This document shows, one piece after another, positions 48,501 to 63,059 of a stretch of DNA of 64,000 nucleotides. Below the pieces are notes generated by a model. That model was not told the DNA's origin. It worked only from the letters and a program-made list of their open reading frames with translations, and ran no database searches. The position numbers and the translations under genes were made by a program. Every line of letters starts with the position of its first letter. The stretch's first letter is position 1. Location: positions 146,450,097 through 146,514,096 of the forward strand of contig NC_068984.1 of assembly GCF_001194135.2 (NCBI RefSeq), written 5' to 3'. The DNA comes from Octopus bimaculoides (lineage: Eukaryota).

Positions 48501-48576
48501 CAAAACTGGAACTGGACACGAGTTTAGACTGATGTTTTCCATCTTCATTGGAAACTGGTTTGGAAGAAGATTCCAT
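48501..48576 (-). CDS. Giant-exon gene: upstream coding exon (MESSSKPVSNEDGKHQSKLVSSSSF)
   Basis: Strong TTTACAG| acceptor and TTG|GTAAGA donor; its phase-1 end matches the giant exon acceptor; may contain the start ATG. Confidence 0.6.
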
Positions 48577-49142
48577 CTGTAAACATTGATGAGGGGGCAG
48601 CGAAGAACACAAATGAACAGTTTTAATAATGAGAATTAAAAAAACCAAAAAAACTTCAGAGTATATAATTCACTCATTCATTAAGTTTATTTGCTCACTT
48701 ATTCTCTCGCTTATTCATTCAGGCAGCCATTTACTCCTCAATCTCTTATTCACTTGATCACTCATTCTTTGTTTTATTCGTTAATTAATTTGCTTAACTC
48801 ATTCGATACCCAATCATTCACTCGTTCACTCACTCACTCATTCAGTCAATCGATCAATGAATGAACGAATGAATCAGTCAACCAATGACTCAATCAACCA
48901 ATCGTTCACTCAAACAATCACTCAATCACTCACTCAAATGTCCAACCAATCAACCGACCGATCGATCAATCAATCAATCAATCAATCAATCAGTCAATCA
49001 ATCAATCAATCAATCAATTGCCTAATGAATTAATGAAATTATTTCTGGAGACGATTACTGTAGAGCAGGGTTTTTTTTTATCTATAAACCCCTTTGATGA
49101 CTATTTTATTTTTGTGGGCCCCCATAGCCATTCGAAGTTTAA

Positions 49143-49278
49143 CCCTTTGAGCTCTGACCTCCAGGACCTTATTTTACCATGTACCTGGCACTCCACCGGT
49201 GCTACGGTATAGAGCGATGCTACAAAATAGAGAAAATTGAGCCATCTACCGGTAAACCGGTGTTACGGGTTCAAAGGG
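49143..49278. mobile_element. piggyBac-type MITE (136 bp)
   Basis: TTAA|CCCTTTGAGCTC ... GGGTTCAAAGGG|TTAA; TIRs 10/12 identical; TTAA target duplication. Confidence 0.8.
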
Positions 49279-49862
49279 TTAAAAAGTAGTTTTAGAGAAA
49301 CTTCTTTCGAAATTCTTATTCTGTTTCTCACGCGTTCTCTTTCGATTGCGTTTGCAATAGAAATCATTGAGAGAACGCTTTCAGTGGCTGGAAACGTTAA
49401 GCTTTGGAAAACATTAGAGAAAGAAACCTATTCAAAACGTGAACCCTTGAGTTACTACTGTGGGCCCCAATTTACTATTTTGCTTGCGTAGACCCCCACA
49501 AAATGTTATATGGACCCCGGCTGCGGACGGCTATTGTAGAGTAAGAAGCGAGCTATTGGCCAGTTCGGACAGCGTTCCGTTTCGATTCTCTGTTGACGTC
49601 AATGTCAATGTATTTTGAAGAATAAATGGCGATAAACTCGTTCCTCCTCTCTCTTGTCTACAGTTAAAATCAAACCAGTATTCATTCTGAACTATTTTCT
49701 TTATGGGAAATATCATTGATTGGGAGATTAGTTTTATTAAATTCAATGAACAGAAGCATGGCATTTGTCACATGTTTTTTTCTAAGACTTCACTATCGTT
49801 CCTAAAATGTTACTGCATTCTTGAGAATCGAAATCAACTTTCCAATTTATTTTTCTTCAACT

Positions 49863-50617
49863 TACCGTACATGCTTGTGTAAAAGTCGAATTTTTTAGAC
49901 CATTTTTTAAGGTCAAATTTATGGGGTCGACTATTTCATGGATACTACTTTTGAGGGGCTGAAATTCAAGCTAGAATCCAAAGTACCGTATCAACAGCAG
50001 AAGCCCAACTGATCTCTAAGCGAATAAAGACAAAAAACACAATGAATTACAGTAATGTTACCAATTCTATGCATCAAAACACACGTCTTTGTAAAATATA
50101 AAGGTTTAGCGATTAATTGAATGTTTTTAGGTTTACCAAAGTCATGTCTTTATACGAATTCAGACAATGGTGGTTGTCAGTGTTCGCCAATAGTGGTGTC
50201 TGTGAAACACATTTCTCACCATGTAAACAACGAGTGTATGATGCTTGTGTTTGTTGTACTTCAAGATGTATGTAGGCTTGCAGCATACATTTTAGTAATG
50301 GTGACGTAGCACCCATCAACAGATGTGTAGTGCTGGCTATTAAATGGTGTTTTACCATAAGCACCGAGCATTCCATTATAAGCACCAAGCATTCCACCTA
50401 TAGAGCAGGCTACAGGAAGGTAGCCACACAATTTTGTAACAGTGTTATTTCTACGCACAGCATAATATGGTACCTTAACCCACAAATGCTGTCCTGTTGT
50501 TCGTGAAATACTAGGATCGACTTTTATACGGGGTCTATGGAAAATCTCCAATTTTTTGGCCAAAAATAAGGGGTCGACTTTTACATGAGATCGACTATTA
50601 CTCCAGAATATATGGTA
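49863..50617. mobile_element. Pogo/Tigger-like non-autonomous element
   Basis: Degenerate inverted termini TACCGTACATGCTTGTGTAAAAGTCGA and (reverse) TACCATATATTCTGGAGTAATAGTCGA, with repeated GTCGAC subterminal motifs. Confidence 0.55.
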
Positions 50618-50898
50618 ATCAAGGTGGAATGGGTTGTGACCCCTATCGTTCGCAGTCCCAGCTTCACCAGCAAGATCGGAATGTTTATCGTTTCGTCTGA
50701 ATAGTCGCGAGCAGCTGTAGGGCAAAAATGGGTTGGGATGAAATTGCAGGGGTCCGACGTTTGAGCGAGAAGTTGATGTGAGGGCTTGAACTGGATTTCA
50801 TTTAGTGAGCGGTGGTCGCGGCACAAAGCCAACGAGCTCCGAGGCGCAGAGACAACTGTTGTAATAGTAGTTGTAGTAGTGATAGTAGTAGTAGTAGT

Positions 50899-50960
<62 letters not shown>

Positions 50961-51365
50961 TATTTATGTAAAACATCGCCTTCGAAAACACACCTTTAAT
51001 TGAATCGTGTAAGTCTCAGCTCGGAAGTTCAGGTGAGGTTAAATACTTCGTCTAGATTGAAGCGTAAGATGACCCTTACATAATTGTTTGTATTTATAAG
51101 AAACTATTTGAGTGGGGGAGACGCAATTTAACACCAAAAGGCACAAATACAAGCGTCACTAAAAGTGATGATTGCATGTATGTATATANNNNNNNNNNNN
51201 NNNNNNNNNNNNNNNNNNNNNNNNNNNNNNNNNNNNNNNNNNNNNNNNNNNNNNNNNNNNNNNNNNNNNNNNNNNNNNNNNNNNNNNNNNNNNNNNNNNN
51301 NNNNNNNNNNNNNNNNNNNNNNNNNNNNNNNNNNNNNNNNNNNNNNNNNNNNNNNNNNNNNNNNN

Positions 51366-51404
<39 letters not shown>

Positions 51405-51492
51405 GAGAATATACAAATAATAACAACAGACGAGGACAGGTGGTGTAAACAACAAAAGGATGTATTAGTATGACGCTCGGGAATACGGAAAG

Positions 51493-51529
51493 TCTTTGAC
51501 GTTTCGAGCTACGCTCTTCAACAGAAAGA
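51493..51529 (-). ncRNA. Minimal hammerhead-like motif with a core substitution
   Basis: UCUUU-CUGUUGA-A-GAGC(GUA)GCUC-GAAA-C-GUC^AAAGA; stems I and II intact; CUGANGA changed to CUGUUGA. Confidence 0.55.
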
Positions 51530-52292
51530 ATACGGAGACAAGGAGAAAAACACGGAGAAAAAAAATTGAATAGTGTTCAGTCAACGGTCAATATATATAC
51601 ACATCTATCTATCTATCTATCTATCTATCTAATGGCTGTCTGTCTTTCTGTCTGTCTGTCTGTATGCCCGGATTATATAATTCCTTGTTGAAACATTATA
51701 TAATTTTGTTGAATTACCTCTTCCGTGTTCAGCAAAAAACGCATTGAATGGTGTTAAATGCTCAATATATATATATTCCTATTATGCAAATTATGAACCT
51801 CTTCAGTGGCACAATGCAGTAGAAGATGAACAAACAAATCACAGAAGTTCGAGACTGCGTCTTTCCACATCTAAATGGATACGACCATGACAATGACATT
51901 GATAACAACAATAATAACATCAATAATAATACCAGTAGCAGGGATGCTGGCCACAGCACCAGCATTCATGCCATAAATGAAGGTCAGATGGGGTGTGGTG
52001 AGTTTATTGTCAAGTTTATGGTAACAACTCCAAACAATCTGCTTCACTGGCCAAAAGCCAGCGAAGCTTTTATTCATTTCGACACATTACTTGCCTGCTG
52101 ATTTCTTTTTTCATCAAACCCCGACGTCAGGGATGAAAAGACAAGTTAACTTTAGACGAGCATAGACGTCAGGACTAAACACTAAACTAATACACAGCAC
52201 ATACCCAAGGCGCACAGAGCTGCGCTCGGTAGTGAAGTGAAAGCACGTTATAAAAATAAAACTACTGAATAATAATAATAATAGTAATAATG

Positions 52293-52341
<49 letters not shown>

Positions 52342-53016
52342 TAATAACCCTTTCTACTATAGGCGCAAAACCTATTCAACTATCTTCACAGATTCCGCAC
52401 GATCCCTTTCGATCAGCTTTTATTTTCCTTAAAATGTCAACCCTCTGGAATTCCATCGTTGTACAGGTCTTTCCAGCAGACGTTGACTGAAGACAGGCCA
52501 CAGTTTATGAGGAAAATTAAACGACATTGGTCTCATCAATCGCAGGATTTTCGAAGTCTGTGCATCTTTCACCGGACCCCCCCCCCACAAAACAACAACA
52601 AAAAACAAACACGGTAATTAAAAAAACAAACCCGTTATCACGCCCTATCCCACATACATACTCTATTACACCACAGCTCTAAGAACACTTTTCTTTTCAC
52701 CTCATCAGACAAACAGAGAAACAACAATAACAATAAACTAATTAGAGCCAAATATTACAACATAAAATATCTTTCTTTTTTTACTTGTTTCAATCATTGG
52801 ATTGCGGCCATGCTTGGGCACGGCCTTGAAGGGTTTTTTTAGTCAAATAAATCAACCGCAGCACTTATTTTTAAAATGTGATACTTATTCTATCAGACAC
52901 TTTTGTTGGAGCGCTAAGTTACGAGACATAAACAAACGAACACCGGTTGTCAAGTGGTGTAGGGACACATATACAAACATACACACACACACAGGTGTGC
53001 AAGCACACACACACAT

Positions 53017-53048
<32 letters not shown>

Positions 53049-53960
53049 GTACGCACACATGTGACAGGCTTCCACAGAGTTTCCATCAATCAAATCCACT
53101 AACAAGACATTTGATCCGGTACTATGGTAGATGGTACCTGTTCAAAGGCACCATGCAGTAGAACTGAATCGGAAACCACGTGACTGCAACGCGAGCTTTT
53201 AACCAGACAGCTATGCGAGCAGACTGAACAATAAAAGGATATGCAACGCGCCCAGGCTGTCACATTACCTCCCTTCTATTGGTGCGTACAGTTTGGTCCG
53301 AAACTAGGCGAATTATAGAGTATCTGGGACTTGCGCCTAGGCCGTTCGACTGATTTCCACCAATATCCTTAAATACGTATTACACTGGCCAAAAATTGAA
53401 TCCAAATAAAAGATAATCCGACAATATCAATGTATGGTAGTAATATACACAACGAACCCACCATAAACCAATAAACCAAGAACAAGTTGAACACAACGAG
53501 AATGAAGGACAACATAGAACAACGAGACCACAAAGTATAAAAGATTCACAGACAATTAGCTCATCAAACACATTCCCATCATCAGCTGCCTAACGGATAT
53601 CATTATGGTTTCGATACATGAGCAGTACCATTTAATCGGTCGGTGTCAACAGCGTTAAAAATATAAATGTTGGCTGAGAATTAATAAGATGAATAGCAGA
53701 TGCGAAACAGCGAAATATATCCATTACGTCTCCACCAGCTTATTATTACAATTACAAGTATTAAATCACAAACAAACATCGTATCAGACCTGCAGCTACG
53801 AAAAATTGAAATTTTAAAAAATATTCCCTATAAAACAGAAATATCTCCAGAAAAGACATTGCTGCTTGAAACAAATTTTACCGAACTTAGTTGAAAACAC
53901 GCCACCAATACATAATACATGCATATTTTATACAAGATATGAAGCGCTTTCACGCACGCA

Positions 53961-54011
<51 letters not shown>

Positions 54012-54021
54012 NNNNNNNNNN

Positions 54022-54070
<49 letters not shown>

Positions 54071-54439
54071 ACACGCACACGCACACACACATAATCTGAC
54101 ATTGAAATGAAACGTGTTAGAACGTACCTTCTTAGGTTCGTCAGCCATTGCTAATTTATAAAACGAAAGTCGTCGTCGGAGTCGTCGTAGTCATTGAATG
54201 TTAATGTCGACCCTTGTTTAACTGTGGTCTTGACAGAAGTGTTTGGTGACTGTCTCTACTCAAACGACACAAACAATTGACTCTTTGTGTCTCTATGGTG
54301 ACACTAAACTAATCTCAAAATTCAAAATGTGTTTTAACAAGTATGAAATACAAATCGGACACAGCTTAGCTTCCTCCTCTCGCTCTCCCCACCACTCCAG
54401 ATTTTCGATTTTCACTATTTTCTTTTCTCTTTCAAGCTA

Positions 54440-54499
<60 letters not shown>

Positions 54500-54519
54500 A
54501 GCATTTATTTTTGGCGTAC

Positions 54520-54651
54520 GGTTCAAACGGTAATGAGCTGTGGACCAACTGTTTTAAGTTCAAATCCCACGACGCGGCACTTTGGACAAGTGTACTCCAC
54601 TATAGCCCAGGGTCGAGCAACGTCTTGTGACTGAAATTGGTTGACAGAAAC

Positions 54652-54703
<52 letters not shown>

Positions 54704-54895
54704 CGTGTTTGTCCCCCCCACAATCGTTTGACAACCGATGCTGGTGTGTTTACGTCCCCGTAACTTAGCAGTTCGGTAAAAAGAGACCGATAGAATAAGT
54801 ACTTGGCTTACAAAGAATAAGTCCTGGGGTCGATTTGCTCGACTAAAGGTGGTGCTCCAGCATGGCCGCAGTCAAATGACTGAAACAAGTAAATG
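54520..54895 (+). mobile_element. tRNA-derived SINE (same family as 29371-29770)
   Basis: Shares the body GACAACCGATGCTGGTGTGTTTACGTCCCCGTAACTTAGC...GACTAAAGG. Confidence 0.8.
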
Positions 54896-55649
54896 AATAA
54901 ATCTCATCTCACGCAAAGAATATATGTATTACAAAGTTATGTCCCTTGAATTGCTACACTAGTTATCTCCCATGAACTATTATTTCCCTTACCCTGACAG
55001 TCGTACAACGGATTCCGATCTTAATTTCTTACATATATAATCTACTGTGTATAATCTACTACAGCTATTTCAATATATTGTAGCAGATACATACAGGATG
55101 CTAACGTAACACTATATCAAAATATATTAATGATAATTATTATACACGCTTTATTGATTAATATTTATTAGCAACAGAGGCAGTGTTAATACCAAGAGGT
55201 AATATTTATCACCAATTAAACATGGATGTTCTGCTCGAACTAATTACCGCAGTATGGTTCGTTCTAACAGAACATCCTCGTCAAGTGGGGGACAAATATT
55301 ATCTGGCTTTATTAATTATATATTGTATTAATTACATTACACTTTGGTAGTGTATTTCCTACGCAGGAACAAAGTCGGAGGCTGTAAGATTTATGTTACA
55401 GCCAAGAAAGACAAGAAGTGAATCTGTTTCTGCCTAGAAATTGAATCTATGTCTCGTACTCAACGTATAAAAATCATTAATGTAAAAATACATGGGCTTG
55501 GAGTTGAAGACAGTCTCGAGCCGCCAAGCTCATTAGGGTGGCCTCTACCTTGGTTCCCAGGTCTATTGAAAATATAAAACTCCACACTGATCAGATGCCA
55601 GTCCATCACAGGTTTAGCGTATTGGATGGCTAACAAGACACAAGGGCAT

Positions 55650-56130
55650 ATTAGGCGCATCCCTATTTAGGGAAAACTAGTTTCAGGAAAAATAGTTTTA
55701 GAGCAACTCCGTATATAGAAACTTGAATAAGATTTTTGGTCAAATTGGCGACGTGGGGGCGAGCGTCGTCGTACTGAAAAAGCCCGCCGAGTCGCCGTTT
55801 GGGTCATTTCATCTGAATTGCTAATCGATTGTAGGTAACAGACGATGATATTATGAGATTATCTCATCTGCTGGGTTAATTCCTTAGTGGATTGACGCGG
55901 ATCCTCGGGGATGAGCTCGGTCAACCGATCCTCATTCAACTGAATAGGTCGGCTGGAACACGGGAAGTCTGTGAAAACGAACTATTTCTGTACAGTTCTT
56001 TGAGTAATGGCCTCTTCTCCATACACAGCAGAAATCTCTCGAGCGGCTTCGGCAGCTTTGAAACCTTGATTGAAGACGAAGAGAAGTCAGTGTCGAAGAT
56101 GGTCATTTCTTTCTCTTTTTTTTCATTTGA
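55650..56130 (-). pseudogene. Mariner transposase N-terminal (HTH) remnant
   Basis: HLRH*LLFVFNQGFKAAEAAREISAVYGEEAITQRTVQK ... EDPRQSTKEL. Confidence 0.82.
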
Positions 56131-56276
56131 TGCTTCACCGTCAGGTCATGCCTGAAAAAGGTGAAATTTATTCAAATTTCAAAAACGATAAACAAAAATT
56201 GTAGAGAAAGAATAGAACAACAAAAAATAAAGCAAAATAAATAAAACCCACGCAGTAAATAGAAAAACAGACAAAC

Positions 56277-56334
<58 letters not shown>

Positions 56335-57643
56335 ACACGTCAGACAGATCGCTAGATAGATACATCGACAGACATACAACAAACAGAAACACAAAAGATG
56401 GATAGAAGGATAGATAGATAAACAGACACTGGCGCGGACGGCCAAGTTTGTCCTTCGGATATTCTACACGAAAACGTCCGACAGTATCATGGAGTTTCAC
56501 AAACGTCATTGAATGCTGGAGGTCATTTTAGTGACATATGTAACATCCCAACACACACACACANNNNNNNNNNNNNNNNNNNNNNNNNNNNNNNNNNNNN
56601 NNNNNNNNNNNNNNNNNNNNNNNNNNNNNNNNNNNNNNNNNNNNNNNNNNNNNNNNNNNNNNNNNNNNNNNNNNNNNNNNNNNNNNNNNNNNNNNNNNNN
56701 NNNNNNNNNNNNNNNNNNNNNNNNNNNNNNNNNNNNNNNNNNNNNNNNNNNNNNNNNNNNNNNNNNNNNNNNNNNNNNNNNNNNNNNNNNNNNNNNNNNN
56801 NNNNNNNNNNNNNNNNNNNNNNNNNNNNNNNNNNNNNNNNNNNNNNNNNNNNNNNNNNNNNNNNNNNNNNNNNNNNNNNNNNNNNNNNNNNNNNNNNNNN
56901 NNNNNNNNNNNNNNNNNNNNNNNNNNNNNNNNNNNNNNNNNNNNNNNNNNNNNNNNNNNNNNNNNNNNNNNNNNNNNNNNNNNNNNNNNNNNNNNNNNNN
57001 NNNNNNNNNNNNNNNNNNNNNNNNNNNNNNNNNNNNNNNNNNNNNNNNNNNNNNNNNNNNNNNNNNNNNNNNNNNNNNNNNNNNNNNNNNNNNNNNNNNN
57101 NNNNNNNNNNNNNNNNNNNNNNNNNNNNNNNNNNNNNNNNNNNNNNNNNNNNNNNNNNNNNNNNNNNNNNNNNNNNNNNNNNNNNNNNNNNNNNNNNNAT
57201 ATATATATGTATATGTATATACATACATATGTATATACATTTATATGTATTCATATACGGAGAGAAAGAGAGAGAGGGGTAGAGAGAGAGGTGGGTGGGA
57301 GGAAGAGAGAGATTAGAGTGAAAGAGAGAAGCAAGACAGCTCGGCTGACGTAAGAGAGTGTGGATGAGTCAATCGAGTGAGACGGAATGAAATGTGAAGC
57401 CCGAAGGAAATCTGGTCGTAAGAACAGAAGAACACCAAATGGGAGTGGAGCATTCCAGAGCGAGGGCTCATAGCCACGTGCTGTGGAGACAGCACACGCC
57501 CCATCACACCACACCTCACACACACTTACAACGTCGTCGTCGTCGTTTTTGGCATCATCATCAACCATCATCACCACCACCACCGTCATCATCATCATCA
57601 TCATCATCCCAAACCACCGCCTCCACCACCACCACCATCACAG

Positions 57644-57692
<49 letters not shown>

Positions 57693-59613
57693 NNNNNNNN
57701 NNNNNNNNNNNNNNNNNNNNNNNNNNNNNNNNNNNNNNNNNNNNNNNNNNNNNNNNNNNNNNNNNNNNNNNNNNNNNNNNNNNNNNNNNNNNNNNNNNNN
57801 NNNNNNNNNNNNNNNNNNNNNNNNNNNNNNNNNNNNNNNNNNNNNNNNNNNNNNNNNCCACCACCACCACCACCACCACAACAACAACAACAACAGCAGC
57901 CGACTTGGAGGAAGAATTCTTTTGGAAAACAACGTGTGGGCAAACATGTTAAGGAGGCCCCATTTTTGACATATTCCTAAAACAGTCGATACTAAAATAT
58001 TCAGAAACGTAGGTGTTTAAAAAAGGGTTCATTTTGAATATCACTTAATCTGCGTCCCGCACCCCCCCCCGTCTACTTCCTTTCTCTCTAAAAACCTTCT
58101 TTCCTTCTCTCTTTTCCTCATCCTCGTTTCGTCTGTCATTTGGAGTCTTTGCTGTTCTGTTTTGTTGTAGAAAGAGGATCGGAGGGTTTGTATACGAGCA
58201 TATCTGTACAAAGGTTCCTACCGACGCACCCATGGCCGAATGATCTTAGGCAAGCGGATGCATATTTATGCATCTCTGTCTGTCTGTCTGTCTGTCTTTC
58301 TCTCTCTTCCCCTTGGGGGCGGTGGAAAGCTCCAGGGGGCGTTGAAGAAAAGCGAGGCGATAATGCGGTGGCCAAAAAGGGGCGATGGATGGAGAAACAA
58401 CAAAATGGCCACACACTGTGTTGCTTCTCTTTGTTCATTTTTCTCCTTATTAATCTGGTGTTCAAAACAGAAACTAGCAGGAAATGTTGATAGAATTTTA
58501 GACATCTTTAAATTAGAAAGTCTGTAACATAGAACCAAAAATGGTTTCAGGCGAGTTGGACGAAAACGAGTTAAAGCAATGTTTGCTAATGTTGAAGTCC
58601 TGTTGTTACATTGCTTAGAGGGACCAGTGGTTCATAAGCCGCAACACCTATTTTTTTAAGCAATATGAACTGGTCCAACATCAACAGAAACGATAAAGCG
58701 CGGTTAATGCTTATTATTAAAATTTGCGGGTGTGGTGAATTCTGCTGGAGATTGTAAAGACATTCAGTAGAGTTCCTGCTTTTGACCTTCTCACGAGACA
58801 TTTGATACTGAGTCTTTGAGAAGCGTTCTAAAAGATTGAAGATTCACTATGGCGACGGATGATGGACCACACCAACATACGCCAGTCTCTTCTTCAAAAT
58901 ATAATTCCAGCTTGCTCTGTTTTTTTTTTTAATCGTCTTTCGATTATTTCAGTCATTGCATTGCGGCCATGCTGGGGCACCGCCTTGAAGGGTTTTAGTC
59001 GAACAAATCGACCCTAGTACATATTTTTCTTTTGTGCCTGGTATTTATTCTATCGATCTTTCTTGTCGAACCTCTAAGTAAAGGGGACGTAAACAAACCA
59101 ATACTAGGTGGTAGTAGTAGAAAGAAAGACCCCCCTACGTGCGCACGCATGCACATAATACATACATTCCCCAAATTTTCCATTTGAGATTCTTATGTGA
59201 ATAGATGCACACACTTGGGTGTATGTATCAATGGTTCAATCTCTACACCAACTCAGCCACATATTTACAAACAGCGAGAATTTTCTTAACTCAAAAACTC
59301 TTGTTGTTCTGGTAGCAACCGGTTTGAACTCCCCCAAGAAGAACTTAAATTAAACTCAAAGAAAAATCATTCATTCATATATATNNNNNNNNNNNNNNNN
59401 NNNNNNNNNNNNNNNNNNNNNNNNNNNNNNNNNNNNNNNNNNNNNNNNNNNNNNNNNNNNNNNNNNNNNNNNNNNNNNNNNNNNNNNNNNNNNNNNNNNN
59501 NNNNNNNNNNNNNNNNNNNNNNNNNNNNNNNNNNNNNNNNNNNNNNNNNNNNNNNNNNNNNNNNNNNNNNNNNNNNNNNNNNNNNNNNNNNNNNNNNNNN
59601 NNNNNNNNNNNNN

Positions 59614-59644
<31 letters not shown>

Positions 59645-62491
59645 CTTATAGACATATGTCTATATAAATAGGACGGCCTTCGAAACAGTTTCTGTCTACC
59701 AAGCTTACGTTGGTCGGCTCGGGGCTCCATTCGGAGACACTTGTACTTAATTAAATTCATATTTGTACCTTCGAAAGAGAAAACATATCTTATTAGGCAC
59801 CTGTTGCCCTCTAGCGGACAATTAGTACAAGGGAGATAATAATTTCTTCATAATATTTGATGGGATTAGATTTTGAATTTGAATTTAAGGAAGAAGGGAG
59901 AAGCAAGGTAGAAGATGTACAGAATTTACATATTTAATTGTTTTATGCTTTCTTATTACAAACGTTTTTAACATTTCTAGTCTTTGGTAATCATGAATAG
60001 CACCATTGGTGACAAAATTAAACACTTGTCATTCAAATATATCAGATTTAATCCTGCCACCGAATTACACAGGAATGTTATGATTTGAAATATAATTCGG
60101 ATTTTTAAATATTTCTCTGTAGACTTGGCTATTTTAGTAGGATAACGGAATTTAGTTGTGAAAGGAAGCTTCGGGCTACCAATGATATTCTTGATCGCTT
60201 GTGGTCCGCCCTGTTTATAAGAAATCAATGGATGGCGAAAATATCTTTTCTTATGTCAATTTACATAAAACAATTTTCTGTATCTACCGTTCACTCAAGA
60301 TCACTCACTTAGAGTTTCGATCTGAGCCTTTGGTAGAAAATCTATGCCATAAAGTGCCATAAAGTTGGTCCATACCAACCCAAAGCGACATGATTGTGAA
60401 GCAAAGCTTTGTGATTCTTCATCCGTTCAAAGCTATTCAGGTCACTGCTTGGAATCGAACTCGGAACCTTGGGTTAGTAGCCCGCGCTCTTAACCACTAC
60501 GTCATATGCCCGTGGGCATATCTGTCAAATGTAAATAATGTAAATAATGTACATAATTCCTCATCTCTTAAATATAGAACTGCATTACAGATCCAATCTA
60601 TCACTGGGACGGTAAAAATCTGTAAAAGTTTATCATTTAAGAATATATAAGCATGTTTAGGTATGCAAATATATGCATGAGAATACATACATACATACAT
60701 ACATACATACATACATACATACATACATACATACAAAAATACCCTGTTGTTGATGNNNNNNNNNNATACATACATACATACAAAAATACCCTGTTGTTGA
60801 TGTTGAAATTCCAATGACGGAGCCTTGGATCTGGGTTAGAAACCGGTTCTTTCTCTGTTGGCAAGAAATCTTGAAATAAAACTGAACAATGACATATATT
60901 CATACGTTAGCCCTTGATTCATACGTTCCGAATAATATAAAGCTTTCCTACACGCTACACGCCAGATTGGTTCCGCTTGTAACTGTGGAATCATGTAATT
61001 CGAGGCATATACGCTTTTCAAGATAAGACCCAATTTACTATGGTGGTTGAAACAAAATAGAAATATGTATGTTATGCATGAACAGCCAGAAAATATGTCC
61101 GGAGTTTCACATTCGTTACACAGGACAGGCAAAAGATTAACAACTCTGTCACGTGCTCTCTGACCCGAATCTCATCGCAAATGACCAAGGAGATGTTTCG
61201 ATTTACTGTGAGGTCAATTTTGTCTTTCTTGTAGATTAAAAAAAAAGAATCACTTTAGGTACCAGTAATTACATAGGGTGGTTAACGTGGAAACAAAAAC
61301 TCATCGATAATTTGACCTTCAATAACCACGTTCAACAGATAACGTGTTGCTTCTCTCTCCTCCTCTCTCTCTCCTCCTCTCTCTCTCCTCCTCTCTCTCT
61401 CCTCNNNNNNNNNNNNNNNNNNNNNNNNNNNNNNNNNNNNNNNNNNNNNNNNNNNNNNNNNNNNNNNNNNNNNNNNNNNNNNNNNNNNNNNNNNNNNNNN
61501 NNNNNNNNNNNNNNNNNNNNNNNNNNNNNNNNNNNNNNNNNNNNNNNNNNNNNNNNNNNNNNNNNNNNNNNNNNNNNNNNNNNNNNNNNNNNNNNNNNNN
61601 NNNNNNNNNNNNNNNNNNNNCTCCTCCTCTCTCTCCTCCTCCCCCCCTCTCAATTTCAATGTTTTTACAACTGTTCGTCATTGAATCTCTTAAACGATTT
61701 TCTTTGTTTCCTTAGTCTCTCTCTTTCTCTCTTTCCCTCTCTTTCTCTCTTTCCCTCTCTTTCTCTCTTTCCCTCTCTTTCTCTCTTTCCCTCTCTTTAT
61801 CTCTTATGTAAATATATTTGACGCGTGCACATGTACTAACACAAACAAACAAACAATCACATACAATTATACAAACATACACACACAAAAACACGCGCAC
61901 ACACACACGTATATGTTTGTATGTGTATGTATCTACATACATACATACATATATAAACACATATATATATATAAGTACACACACACACATACACACACTC
62001 TCTCTCTTCTTTACCTGCACACAGTGTATATCTGCGTATAAATCTAGTCAAACCCACGCTCTCTCCCACACAATGGTATTGATATATGTACATACATACA
62101 CTTGAGTGTGTGAATGTATATATGTGTGTGTGTTCACGTGTATGTGTGTCTCTGGGCGCACGCGCGCTATTTATACGATAAGATGTGGTAAATTATTTCG
62201 AGGCAGCATCAAGATTTCAATGGTGTTGCTCTACATTTGACATTATGACCCCAACATGCTTCCGTATCTGCCGCTTCTGCTATTTTTCTAACCTTTTCTT
62301 CGACACAAATAAATAAAAAAGCCGGAAAGGCGACATCTGTCGGCTGGAATTGACATTCTGCAGATTGTCTGTCTTATTTTCTTTCTTTACTTTCAATTTC
62401 AAATACCCCCTCCCCACCAATTATTCCTACTTTCATTCTCTCGATTTCCTTTCAGTTTTTTTACTTTTCTTTCTTTCTTTCTTTCCTTCCT

Positions 62492-62523
<32 letters not shown>

Positions 62524-63059
62524 TTTCATTTTCTTTCTTTTCCTTTTTCCTTTCTTTTTCCTATTTCAGAGAGTTTCCTTTCCTTTACTTTTTCATTTCT
62601 TTTCCCACTCCTGTCTAAAAATGCACACACGCGCGCATACGCACACACAAACATACATACATTCATTCATACATACACATACATAGATATACACACACAT
62701 ACATAGATATACACACACATACACACATATACATGCATGCATACATACATATATATCCCCGCGCTTGCTTGCTTGCAATATATCCACCCTTCCACAGGTT
62801 CAATTTGGGTATAATCCTTGTGGTTTATACTAAAGCTGGCTGAAGAAAGTATTAAAGAAAGGCACTGAGCAAATGGTTTTGGTGGAATAGCAACACTTCC
62901 TGACCAGCAGGGTTATTTATCTAAATGTAGAATGTGTGTGGGTTCACATGAGACTGTTGCTGAGTGTTGTATGGGAATGTCCGTAGCCCTCCAAATCCGT
63001 TCAGCCATTCAAAGAGTGGAGGTGTAATATGATTCCTGCGATAATTCACAAGAGTTCGC

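Noticed and set aside
50640-50716. Exon-like segment after a good TTTTTGCCCTACAG acceptor (ARDYSDETINIPILLVKLGL or CSRLFRRNDKH)
   Set aside because: Frame is ambiguous and the best donor lies inside the adjacent pogo-like TIR; not enough support to assign
57313-57490. Exon-like segment (HVAMSPRSGMLHSHLVFF...) as an upstream exon of the giant-exon gene
   Set aside because: Open in two frames with a weak donor, and a strong donor only ~40 nt upstream conflicts with it; no homology recognised
56506-57969. Long ORFs rich in X, poly-H, poly-M or HT/YI repeats
   Set aside because: Produced by N gaps and microsatellites; not coding evidence
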